Shown: piece after piece, positions 1 through 10,519 of the stretch
Numbering within the stretch: the stretch's first letter is position 1
Layout of the letters: every line of letters starts with the position of its first letter
Source: Octopus bimaculoides
Taxonomy: Eukaryota
Assembly: GCF_001194135.2 (NCBI RefSeq)
Contig: NC_068986.1
Location: 90,119,638 to 90,183,637, forward strand
Reading direction: 5' to 3'
DNA length: 64,000 bases
Program-made: the position numbers and the translations under genes
Notes under the pieces: generated by a model
Told to the model about the DNA's origin: nothing
What the model saw: the letters and a program-made list of their open reading frames with translations, nothing else
Database searches by the model: none

Positions 1-1631
1 ATTACAAATAGTAATCCCAAGAGAATAAGCAGAACATCTGGTAAAAGTATTTTCCGTAAGGGTTTAATAGATATAAATCTTACGAATTTTCTTAAATGTG
101 TGGGGTCCCTAATTCCTATGTTGGCTAAGCTTCTCCTTTTGATGTGTCTGCGTGTATCTAATATTTGTGTGTTTATGTGTGTGTGTATAATCTAAATGAT
201 GCATTTGTGTTTTGCTTATCAGTCGTTACCCTTGTTTCTGCATTCGTATATGAACTTATTTTATATTAATATTTGGGGGTTCTAAAGATGGCGAGCTGGC
301 AAAATCGTTAGCACGTCGAACAAAAAGGTATTTTTTCCAGTTTTAGATTTTTAGTTTGAATACCACAGAGATCAACTTGGTCCTTCATCTTTTCGAGGGT
401 CGGTAAAATAAGTACTAGTTGAGCACTGTGTCGATGTAACTGACTAACTCCTCCCCCAAGATTTACGGCCTTGTGCCTTTAGTTGAAAAAACTATGTGGG
501 TTTTCCTATAAGGTGTAGTTTTTCATATCATGTAAACTAGTCTTATCGAATGAAGAAAAATTATTTTATCGTATGTTCTCTTAGATACAACGGCTGATAA
601 GAAACGGGATGGTCTGAGATGGAACGTCTAATTGACCATTGCGTAAACTTTAACGTTACTCTTATGGCAATTAAAAAAGTTCCTTTTGCGAATTCATTTT
701 CTAAGAAGAGATACTGGAGTTTCGTGGAACTTTTCCAAAGTTTAGCATATAATTCTAACTAGGTGTTACTGACTGAACTTCTGTAATAAAGCCTTGTAGC
801 GGAGATTCGAAACCTAACCGCTAGATATTCGGTTAGATACCATGAGTGAGCCACCACAGTTTCGCATGATTGATATATGTATAAATCGATCAATCAGCGT
901 GAAGCTGTCACCTGATATGGCTTACTTGGATATTTTAAAATTTAACCCATTTTCACCTTATAAAAACCGTTTGGCGCCTAACTTATGGAAGAGTGTCAGG
1001 AATGACCGACTGATTTACGCGACTCGTTTCTTGCCAGGAAGACGACCTCCGTCATTCGAGCACACAATTTCGGACTTTTGCGCAGACGATTTGTCACTCA
1101 GTCAGACTCATTCTGAACAGTCACACGATGTCTAAATTACTAAGTTTTCAAACGCTGGACTAAACTTTGAACCTGTGTCCTTCACATAGTCAAAGCAAAA
1201 GATTAAATCCAATAAAAACCAAAAATAGCAAAAACTACTGGTACACCTTGTACCTACCTATCAAAAGAAATACATTTAAATATTCACACCTGCTTACAAA
1301 GTCCTACATACATGAATAAATTCTTAGCAATAACATAACCTCAAATTTAACTAATAAAACGTTTTTCAAAACATCTTTCCAAAAAAACCCACCCTAAAAC
1401 AAACATACCCAAGGAAGATTTTAACTCGAGATTATATAAAGCCAAGATTAACTTCAATGCATCGCAGTCCAACGGTGGCTTAACTGGAAGAAACTTCGAA
1501 GTCACTGTCAATAATATATTTGTTTAAGAATATAAAACGTCTACTCCACAAAAATGTAGAGTAACCCATCAAATTAATGTAAAATTATTTCTATTATAAC
1601 TGAACATAAAGACAAACATTTGCATATATAC

Positions 1632-1998
1632 ATAGGTGCAGGAGTGGCTGTGTGATAAGTAGCTTGCTTACTAACCACATGGTTCCGGGTTCAGTCCCAC
1701 TGCGTGGAACCTTGGGCAAGTGCCTTCTACTATACCTCGGGCTGACCAAAGCCTTGTGAGTGGATTTAGTAGATGGAAACTGAAAGAAGCCCGTCGTATA
1801 TATATATATATATATATATNNNNNNNNNNGACAACCGATGCTGGTGTGTTTACGTCCCCGTAACTTACCGGTTCGGCAAAAGAGACCGATAGAATAAATA
1901 CTAGGCTTACAAAGTATAAGTCCTGGGGTCGATTCGTTTGACTAAAGGCGGTGCTCCAGCATGGCCGCAGTCAAATGACTGAAACGAATAAAAGAATA
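1632..1998 (+). mobile_element. tRNA-derived SINE, family A (tRNA head + internal AT/GT microsatellite + tail ending GACTGAAACAAGTAAAAGA)
   Basis: A-box-like TGGCTGTGTG and B-box-like GGTTCAGTCCC; near-identical to the copies at 46901 and 58810. Confidence 0.85.
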
Positions 1999-2198
1999 TG
2001 TATATACGCAAGTATTTAGGAGTGATGATGAGTGTTCAATGCAGCATCATTGGATAAAAATTCTTTATTTGTGGATTAACAAGACAAGCAATGGTTTCGT
2101 ATGGAAGAGACATTCGCAATTGTTCAAGTGAATTCCTTGGAAATGTGCACTGGAGACGAGTATCAACATTGTGAATATCTCGTCTATATATATATATA

Positions 2199-2517
2199 CA
2201 AATTTAGTAAATGGAGTAAATCGCATATGTTAAATGAATTCTTTTATTTCCAACATATGTTTCGAAGATTACAAATTGTACCTTCCAAAGGAATAGGTGA
2301 TGTTGATAAGGATGTAATCTTCTCTTCAGGGAAATACATAGGAACCAGCTTAACCGTAAGACATTTTAATCGAATGTGATAACTGTAGGTAGAGAAGATT
2401 ACATCCTTATCAACATCACCTATTCCTTTGGAAGGTACAATTTGTAATCTTCGAAACATATGTTGGAAATAAAAGAATTCATTTAACATATGCGTTTCAC
2501 TCCATTTACTAAATTTG
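2199..2517. repeat. Long inverted repeat / candidate TA-flanked MITE (arms 2194-2325 and 2391-2522, 65-bp spacer)
   Basis: 132-bp arms with 2 mismatches by manual comparison; ends TA|CAAATTT...AAATTTG|TA. Confidence 0.85.
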
Positions 2518-2678
2518 TATATTTACTCAAGTACCCAAAATAACAAGGAGTTTCTACCTCATAAACAGGAGTTACACCACAGTCATTTTGTGATTTTTGC
2601 TACCCTGGTATCTATTAACCAATTTATTTTGTCGGAGTTAATTATTAACTTAGAGAAAATAAATACATATAATAATAA

Positions 2679-2714
<36 letters not shown>

Positions 2715-2715
<1 letters not shown>

Positions 2716-2780
2716 GAATCGAAACCGCGATCCTACGACCGCGAGTCCGCTGCCCTAACCACTGGGCCATTGCGCCCCCA
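2715..2780 (-). mobile_element. SINE family B tRNA head fragment
   Basis: Reverse complement of the head of the full copy at 7496. Confidence 0.8.
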
Positions 2781-3148
2781 CTCTCTTATGGTAAAAAGGA
2801 ATGAAAAAACCCACTTCGTTCAGTGTTGCCATCTAAGATATTTTTTCTTCATGGTAACTGCAGTGTATTTGTCTTTAACAGTTGAAGTATGTGACAAACA
2901 TATTTCAACTAATCTAAATTCTGCTCACACCCAAACACTGCTTTGCGCCAATGCTCCGTTAATTGATTTGATCGGGCGATCTACTAGCGCAAATCAGTGA
3001 ACATATTGACTAAATTATATATAAAGCTATAGCTTTATTAAGTTCGTTCAGGGTTGTATAATAACTCGAAACATCGATGTCTGACATTCCCGAGAGATGG
3101 CGACACTGAACGAATTGGGTTTTTTCACACCTTCTTATCATAAGAGAG
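2781..3148. mobile_element. MITE-like element with ~54-bp imperfect TIRs, followed by a direct copy of its internal segment (3150-3270)
   Basis: 2781-2834 is the reverse complement of 3095-3148; 2845-2960 is repeated at about 3150-3270. Confidence 0.65.
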
Positions 3149-3718
3149 GTTTTTCTCCACGGTAACTGCAGTGTATTTGCCTTTAGCAGTTGCAATATGT
3201 TACAAACATATTTTACCTAACCTAAATTCTGCTCATATCTAAACACTGCTTTGCGCTAATGCTCCGTTAGTATATGTGTCTCTGTGTGTGTATTTCTATT
3301 CTTATTAATTTTTATATATCTTGCCATCCGTCCAACACCAAGCATTTGATCTGCGCTGCATAATGCAATAAAAGACTCCCCTGATGTGGTGTTGTGACCC
3401 AACATCCAATTGCACTTGGAACATCACTGCAAAGAATGCAAATAACCACAATGGTGAAAGGTATGTAGGGAAGAAATGATATAAACTTATTTATCATAAT
3501 TTCATACACACACACACACACACACACACATACACACATACGCGCGCACGCAAACAATTGAAAGGCACAGGCATAAGTGTGTAGTTAAGACACTTGCCCA
3601 AGATGCCCGTGGCAGGAACATTGGACAAGTGTCTTCTACTATTACCTCGGGCCGGCCAATACTTTGTGAGTAAATTTGGTAGTGTGGAAGTGGAAGCTTG
3701 TCGAATGCTCTTATACAC

Positions 3719-4275
3719 GTTTCAGTCATTTGACTGTGGCCATGCTGGAGCATCGCTTTTAGTCGAAGAAATCGATCTCAAGACTTATTCTTTGTAAACC
3801 TAGTACTTATTTTATCGGTTCTTTTGCCGAACCGCTTTTTCGGGGATGTAAACACACCAACATCAGTTGTCAAGTGATCGTGGGTGGTGCGATAAACACA
3901 CACACACACACAGTTGAAATTTACAGAAAAACAAAAGACGAAGACAGGTGTATAAACAACAAGCAGGTGTATTAGTTTGATGCTAAGGAAAGTGAGAAAG
4001 CCTTTTACGTTTCGAGCCTACGCTNNNNNNNNNNNNNNNNNNNNNNNNNNNNNNNNNNNNNNNNNNNNNNNNNNNNNNNNNNNNNNNNNNNNNNNNNNNA
4101 TATATATACACGACGGGCTTCTTTCAGTTTCCGTCTACCAAATCCACTCACAAGGCTTTGGTCGGCCCGAGGCTATAGTAGAAGACACTTGCCCAAGGTG
4201 TCACGCAGTGGGACTGAACCTGGAACCATATGGTTTGGAAGCAAGCTTCTTACTACCCAGCTGCGCCCGCGCCTC
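3719..4275 (-). mobile_element. SINE family A, interrupted by a Penelope-like fragment and an N-gap
   Basis: Tail 3719-3910 and head 4100-4275 match family A on the reverse strand. Confidence 0.75.
3912..4024 (-). mobile_element. Penelope-like element terminal fragment with the 3' half of a minimal type I hammerhead
   Basis: Minus strand reads AGC-GTAG-GCTC-GAAA-CG-T-A-AAAGG, i.e. stem II, GAAA core, palindromic mini stem III and cleavage triplet. The 5' half falls in the N-gap. Confidence 0.5.
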
Positions 4276-4407
4276 CACACAACCACCTGAAGGATTGCTG
4301 CAATAAGAGTGTGAATCTGAGATGGGAATATGTTGAATAAAATCATAACTAACTAATCCTCCTGTATTTTCTTTTACTCAAAGCCATGAACTTTTCAGCA
4401 CCCATCA

Positions 4408-4640
4408 TCTCTCTATATATAATCTTCTATCTTCTATATAAAATCGTTTGTATGTCTGTCTGTTCCCATTGCATTCTCAAATGGCTCAACCAAATCAAAT
4501 CAAATTTTACATGGCAATTCTATCACACCTCAGGAGTGTCAACATGTGATTTTTTGGGATTAAAACAATAGAACTGATTCTGTATTATGTCTGAAGAATA
4601 AAAGTGAAACCTTTGACGGAGTAAGTTATAAATCATTGCA
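4408..4640 (+). mobile_element. Non-autonomous Helitron-like 5' fragment
   Basis: TCTATATATAA start followed by GTCTGTCTGT and GGCTCAACC, a layout typical of Helitron-N/HINE 5' ends. The 3' end was not clearly identified. Confidence 0.4.
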
Positions 4641-5446
4641 CTTTTAAATTGTTTCATTTTTAATAGTTTCACTATGTATATATATATATATATATATNNN
4701 NNNNNNNNNNNNNNNNNNNNNNNNNNNNNNNNNNNNNNNNNNNNNNNNNNNNNNNNNNNNNNNNNNNNNNNNNNNNNNNNNNNNNNNNNNNNNNNNNNNN
4801 NNNNNNNNNNNNNNNNNNNNNNNNNNNNNNNNNNNNNNNNNNNNNNNNNNNNNNNNNNNNNNNNNNNNNNNNNNNNNNNNNNNNNNNNNNNNNNNNNNNN
4901 NNNNNNNNNNNNNNNNNNNNNNNNNNNNNNNNNNNNNNNNNNNNNNNNNNNNNNNNNNNNNNNNNNNNNNNNNNNNNNNNNNNNNNNNNNNNNNNNNNNN
5001 NNNNNNNNNNNNNNNNNNNNNNNNNNNNNNNNNNNNNNNNNNNNNNNNNNNNNNNNNNNNNNNNNNNNNNNNNNNNNNNNNNNNNNNNNNNNNNNNNNNN
5101 NNNNNNNNNNNNNNNNNNNNNNNNNNNNNNNNNNNNNNNNNNNNNNNNNNNNNNNNNNNNNNNNNNNNNNNNNNNNNNNNNNNNNNNNNNNNNNNNNNNN
5201 NNNNNNNNNNNNNNNNNNNNNNNNNNNNNNNNNNNNNNNNNNNNNNNNNNNNNNNNNNNNNNNNNNNNNNTATATTATTTTCTTCATTTTGTACTTCTTT
5301 GTAAAAAAACATTTTCATTCTCCTTCTTCTTGATAATTTGCTTTTCGCAATGAAAACCGGTTAGAAGAAATCTTTATTAAAATATGCTTCCAGTTTAGCA
5401 TTCTGGCTTTTTTTCATTTTCCTATATATATATATATATATATATA

Positions 5447-6154
5447 GTGGCAAGAGGGACTGTTTGGTAAGAAGCTTACTTCCTGAAGCCCCCCACTCTG
5501 TGAGTGGGACAGCGACTATATGGCCTTCTACCGCAGGGGAGGGGCTGTGGAGGAATATTTGGAACATTTGTTAAAACGTGATCGGTATGAGTCCGGCTGC
5601 ATGAGCTGTACGTGGTGGCCCTTCACAGGTACACTCGTAGGCCGTGAGCAACAAGGAGTTGTCCCAAATTGTGAACCTTTTTGGGAGGGAGGACGTGCAG
5701 TACCTCAAAGTGGACCCCGACCTATCGCAGCAGGCTTACCAGCAGGCTGCGAGAACGGTGCTCGGGGAATAATGTAAGAGGCTTGATACGCCTAATTGTT
5801 GTTTTCAATAATATTGAACTTTTGTAAATACTTTGTAATTAGTTTGAACCTTGAACCCTTTGAACAGTGTTTTCGAGGGGTTATCAGTCGGTGGGCTCTG
5901 GTACCCCTTTCATTCTCATTCATTCCTGTCTTATCATAACTCATTAATGTATTTGTCTAGCCCTTGCTTCTTGCAAATCTATGTAAATGCCTTCTTGGCA
6001 AATTCTATGAAATAAAGAAGCTTACTTCCTAACCACATGGTTCCGGGTTCAGTCACACTGCGTGGCACCTTGGGCAAGTCTCTTCTATTATAGACTCGGG
6101 CCGATCATAGCCATGTGAGTGGATTTGATAGATGGAAACAGAAAGAAGCCCGTC

Positions 6155-6191
<37 letters not shown>
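5447..6191 (+). mobile_element. SINE family A head split by a 530-bp insertion
   Basis: Head pieces 5447-5484 and 6015-6191 are contiguous in the family consensus once the insert is removed. Confidence 0.75.
5485..6014 (+). mobile_element. 5'-truncated retroposed insert (LINE 3' end or processed retrocopy) with 16-bp TSD
   Basis: AAGAAGCTTACTTCCT at 5469-5484 and 6015-6030; GC-richer coding-like 5' half, AT-rich 3' half, terminal AATAAA. Confidence 0.7.
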
Positions 6192-6935
6192 NNNNNNNNN
6201 NNNNNNNNNNNNNNNNNNNNNNNNNNNNNNNNNNNNNNNNNNNNNNNNNNNNNNNNNNNNNNNNNNNNNNNNNNNNNNNNNNNNNNNNNNNNNNNNNNNN
6301 NNNNNNNNNNNNNNNNNNNNNNNNNNNNNNNNNNNNNNNNNNNNNNNNNNNNNNNNNNNNNNNNNNNNNNNNNNNNNNNNNNNNNNNNNNNNNNNNNNNN
6401 NNNNNNNNNNNNNNNNNNNNNNNNNNNNNNNNNNNNNNNNNNNNNNNNNNNNNNNNNNNNNNNNNNNNNNNNNNNNNNNNNNNNNNNNNNNNNNNNNNNN
6501 NNNNNNNNNNNNNNNNNNNNNNNNNNNNNNNNNNNNNNNNNNNNNNNNNNNNNNNNNNNNNNNNNNNNNNNNNNNNNNNNNNNNNNNNNNNNNNNNNNNN
6601 NNNNNNNNNNNNNNNNNNNNNNNNNNNNNNNNNNNNNNNNNNNNNNNNNNNNNNNNNNNNNNNNNNNNNNNNNNNNNNNNNNNNNNNNNNNNNNNNNNNN
6701 NNNNNNNNNNNNNNNNNNNNNNNNNNNNNNNNNNNNNNNNNNNNNNNNNNNNNNNNNNNNNNNNNNNNNNNNNNNNNNNNNNNNNNNNNNNNNNNNNNNN
6801 NNNNNNNNNNNNNNNNNNNNNNNNNNNNNNNNNNNNNNNNNNNNNNNNNNNNNNNNNNNNNNNNNNNNNNNNNNNNNNNNNNNNNNNNNNNNNNNNNNNN
6901 NNNNNNNNNNNNNNNNNNNNNNNNNNNNNNNNNNN

Positions 6936-7200
6936 TCACCCTCCGCAAAATTCCCAAATTTTATTTCATTTGCTTTGCGGAAGGACTGTTCCAACGAAGT
7001 CGCGTATTGTCCTTGCCTTCGAAACGCGGAGTAGATGGAGCAGGGACAACTGACGAAGGGATATACTCTTTATGTTGCATGTCTCGTTTCTCTGTTTGTT
7101 ATTTTTTTTCGTTGTTCGAAAAAAGGTTCGTTTTCTGTTTCCGTCTTTATGTTTTCGTTTCTCATTGTATTTAACGTTTTTTTTTTGTGATGTCCTGCAC
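6936..7200 (+). mobile_element. Penelope-like terminal remnant containing hammerhead core motifs
   Basis: CTGACGA (7050-7056), GAAACGCG (7021-7028), CGCGTA (7001-7006) and a T-rich downstream tract. PLE termini are known to carry hammerheads. Confidence 0.45.
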
Positions 7201-7495
7201 CCATATATATGCATGTATGTGTACATATAGATGTAGGTATGTACATATATGTATGGATATATGCATATGTTTATATATTATTTATATCATTATATGATCG
7301 AACGCCACGCATCCTTTCCCAAGTAAGTTTTATCTATCTATCTATCAATCTATCTATATACCAGCTAACGAACTGCTTGAAGCTTACAAATTCCCTACAC
7401 TCAGATCCCTGTACCTTGCACTAATCTATAACACACACACACACACACAAATACTGAGGACGATTTTCTTTTTCGACTTTGGCTACAGTCCAATG

Positions 7496-7872
7496 GTGGA
7501 GGCGCAATGGCCCAGTGGTTAGGGCAGCGGACTTGCGGGCATAGGATCGTGGTTTCGATTCCCAGACCGGGCGTTGTGAGTGTTTATTGAGCGAAAACAC
7601 CTAAAGCTCCACAAGGCTCCGGCAGGAGATGGTGGCGAACCCTGCTGTACTCTTCCACCACAACCTTCTCTCACTCTTACTTCCTGTTGTGTCTGTAATT
7701 CAAAGGGTCAGCCTTGTCACACTGTGTCACGCTGAATATCCCCGAGAACTACGTTAAGGGTACACGTGTCTGTGGAGTGCTCAGCCACTTGCACGTTAAT
7801 TTCACGAGCAGGCTGTTCCGTTGATCGGATCAACTGGAACCCTCGACGTCGTAAGCGACGGAGTGCCAACAC
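7496..7872 (+). mobile_element. tRNA-derived SINE, family B, full length with 11-bp TSD
   Basis: A box TGGCCCAGTGG 7508-7518, B box GGTTTCGATTCC 7551-7562, TSD ACAGTCCAATG at 7485-7495 and 7873-7883. Inserted into a family A tail fragment. Confidence 0.9.
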
Positions 7873-7948
7873 ACAGTCCAATGACTGAAACAAGTAAATG
7901 ACAAAAGATTTATTGATATGTATACAGAAAATTTATATATACAACTTT

Positions 7949-8280
7949 TCTTTGTTTCAGTCATTAGACTGTAGCTATACAAGGACATCGCTTTAAAGCA
8001 TTTTTAATCGAATGAATCGATCCCAGTGCTTACTTTTTGTTAAATCGAACCGCTAAGTTACGGGATGTAAACACCCTAACACTGGTTATCAAGCGGGTGG
8101 ATGGAGGGGGTAGACACAGGCACAAAGACATACACACATAGATATACGCGACAGGTTTCTTTCAGTTTCCGCGTACCAAATCCACTGACAAGGCTCCGGT
8201 CGATTCGAGGTGCCACGCAGTGGGATTGAATCCGAAACCATGTGGTTGTGAAGCTAGCTTCTTACCACACATCCACGCCT
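7949..8280 (-). mobile_element. SINE family A (diverged), followed by an inverted tail copy at about 8350-8530 (+)
   Basis: Recognisable tail, microsatellite and head motifs on the reverse strand. Confidence 0.7.
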
Positions 8281-8819
8281 AGAGAGAGACGCAGCCTCTT
8301 TATATATATATATATATCAGTTATGGGCATATGCGTGTAAGTATGTGTTTCTGCCCCAACCACCGCTTGACAACCGGTGTTGATTTGTTTACGATTTGTT
8401 TGCGGTTTGACAAAAGAAACCGATAGAATAAGTATCAGGTTTAAAACAAAAAGTAGTGGGACCAATTCATTCGGCCCCAAGCTCAAGGCGCTGCCCCAGC
8501 GTAGCCGTAGATTGAAACAAATAAAGATACATATAGAAAATCTCTTCTTACAATGTTTTAAAATTCGACATAAAAAGGTTTGTGTGTGGAGGGAAGTAAA
8601 TGGAATATAAAACGGATATAAAAGTTAAGCTGAAATATATTCTTGAGTATTAATTAATTACTCGTCCTAAATAAATAAAGAAAAAAAATATGCTGTAAAT
8701 ATCTATTGACTAATTTCCCTGTTTAAGCTGGAACCGGCAATATATTTGCTTACTCAGCAGTGAGAGATGTAGACAAATAAGCAAGCTACGACCTATTTTA
8801 CATTCTTCACGCCAGTTTA

Positions 8820-9700
8820 AATTCCTCCTTTTTCCCCTCCTTATGTGTTTTGATTACTTTTCAGATTTTCCTTCTCTTTAATCTTCTGTTTATTTTCTTA
8901 CTTTTCTCCTCCCTTTGTCCATTCTTTCTCTCTTTCACGTTTGCGCAATCTAACTTTTTTTTCTGTATTTCTTTTTCTATCTTTCTTTAAGCTTCTACAC
9001 TCATCCTTTATTCATTCTACCTCATCTTAACCCTTTCACCTTCATAGCTACTCTCTTCTCATTAGTCTTTTCTCTCTTCGTTCTTTCTCTTCTTTCTCAT
9101 TTTTTTTTCTTAACTTTCAGTTCCCCTTTTCCGACTTCTGTTTCCCTAACATCCACTCCTTGTATCCCAAATGACTTCTTAACGACACGTCTGCTCGAAT
9201 AATTTAAAATGTGTTTTTCTTTTATATTCATTTTTTCCTGTTTCTTAAGGAACTGAGAGTTACAACATTCCTAAACCACTGTCATAACCCTGTAATGTAC
9301 CCCTACTTCCCATCCATTCATATGATCATCTGGCACAGGATTTCCTTTCGTTCTATCACGATATCCTTACCCACAATTTGCTGCTTAACTTCATTTACTT
9401 TTCCTGTTTCTATACTTGTTCTCTTTCTCTTCTCTTCAAAAACTCACCCTGTCTCCATTTCTCTCCTCCTTCGATTCACTGTTTCTTCATCCAAGTTATC
9501 TAAATCTTTCTCTCTATCCCGGTTTCTTTCCGTGTCTCTTTTTATATCACTTTCTTTCAGTCTTGTATTTGCTGGGTTTTTTTCTCTATTTCAATCCATC
9601 TCTCTATCGAATTCTTTCACTATGTATGTCTCCTTCTTTCATTCATTCATTCTATTCCTTTCATATGCACACACGTATCTATCTACCCATATATATATAT
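8820..9700. repeat. Long pyrimidine-rich low-complexity tract (similar tracts at 31580-32030 and CAC/CAT-rich 47440-47900)
   Basis: Strong C/T strand bias; the overlapping ORFs are compositional artefacts. Confidence 0.8.
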
Positions 9701-10519
9701 NNNNNNNNNNNNNNNNNNNNNNNNNNNNNNNNNNNNNNNNNNNNNNNNNNNNNNNNNNNNNNNNNNNNNNNNNNNNNNNNNNNNNNNNNNNNNNNNNNNN
9801 NNNNNNNNNNNNNNNNNNNNNNNNNNNNNNNNNNNNNNNNNNNNNNNNNNNNNNNNNNNNNNNNNNNNNNNNNNNNNNNNNNNNNNNNNNNNNNNNNNNN
9901 NNNNNNNNNNNNNNNNNNNNNNNNNNNNNNNNNNNNNNNNNNNNNNNNNNNNNNNNNNNNNNNNNNNNNNNNNNNNNNNNNNNNNNNNNNNNNNNNNNNN
10001 NNNNNNNNNNNNNNNNNNNNNNNNNNNNNNNNNNNNNNNNNNNNNNNNNNNNNNNNNNNNNNNNNNNNNNNNNNNNNNNNNNNNNNNNNNNNNNNNNNNN
10101 NNNNNNNNNNNNNNNNNNNNNNNNNNNNNNNNNNNNNNNNNNNNNNNNNNNNNNNNNNNNNNNNNNNNNNNNNNNNNNNNNNNNNNNNNNNNNNNNNNNN
10201 NNNNNNNNNNNNNNNNNNNNNNNNNNNNNNNNNNNNNNNNNNNNNNNNNNNNNNNNNNNNNNNNNNNNNNNNNNNNNNNNNNNNNNNNNNNNNNNNNNNN
10301 NNNNNNNNNNNNNNNNNNNNNNNTATATATATATATATACCTACACGTCCATAGCCATGAAGATTGAGCAAAGTTAAACTTTGTAATAATACATAGACTA
10401 GTTGATTAAGAAAAAAAAAAAAAAAAAACGGTATGGAGACCCAACATGGATATAATTAACAAGATTCTCTTTTCACCGTTTCCTTCTCCACCTCCTTCTT
10501 ATTCTCTTCCACAGTTGAT

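Noticed and set aside
842-1135. 97-aa ORF in a CpG-rich unique-looking region
   Set aside because: No recognisable motif or splice context; more likely part of an unclassified repeat.
7496-7575. tRNA-like sequence with A and B boxes (also the heads at 1632, 46901, 28362)
   Set aside because: Continues into SINE bodies with TSDs and lacks a proper acceptor stem; these are SINE heads, not tRNA genes.
4523-10377. Long ORFs of 200-390 aa in the ORF track
   Set aside because: They are made of N-gaps, (AT)n and pyrimidine tracts; artefacts.
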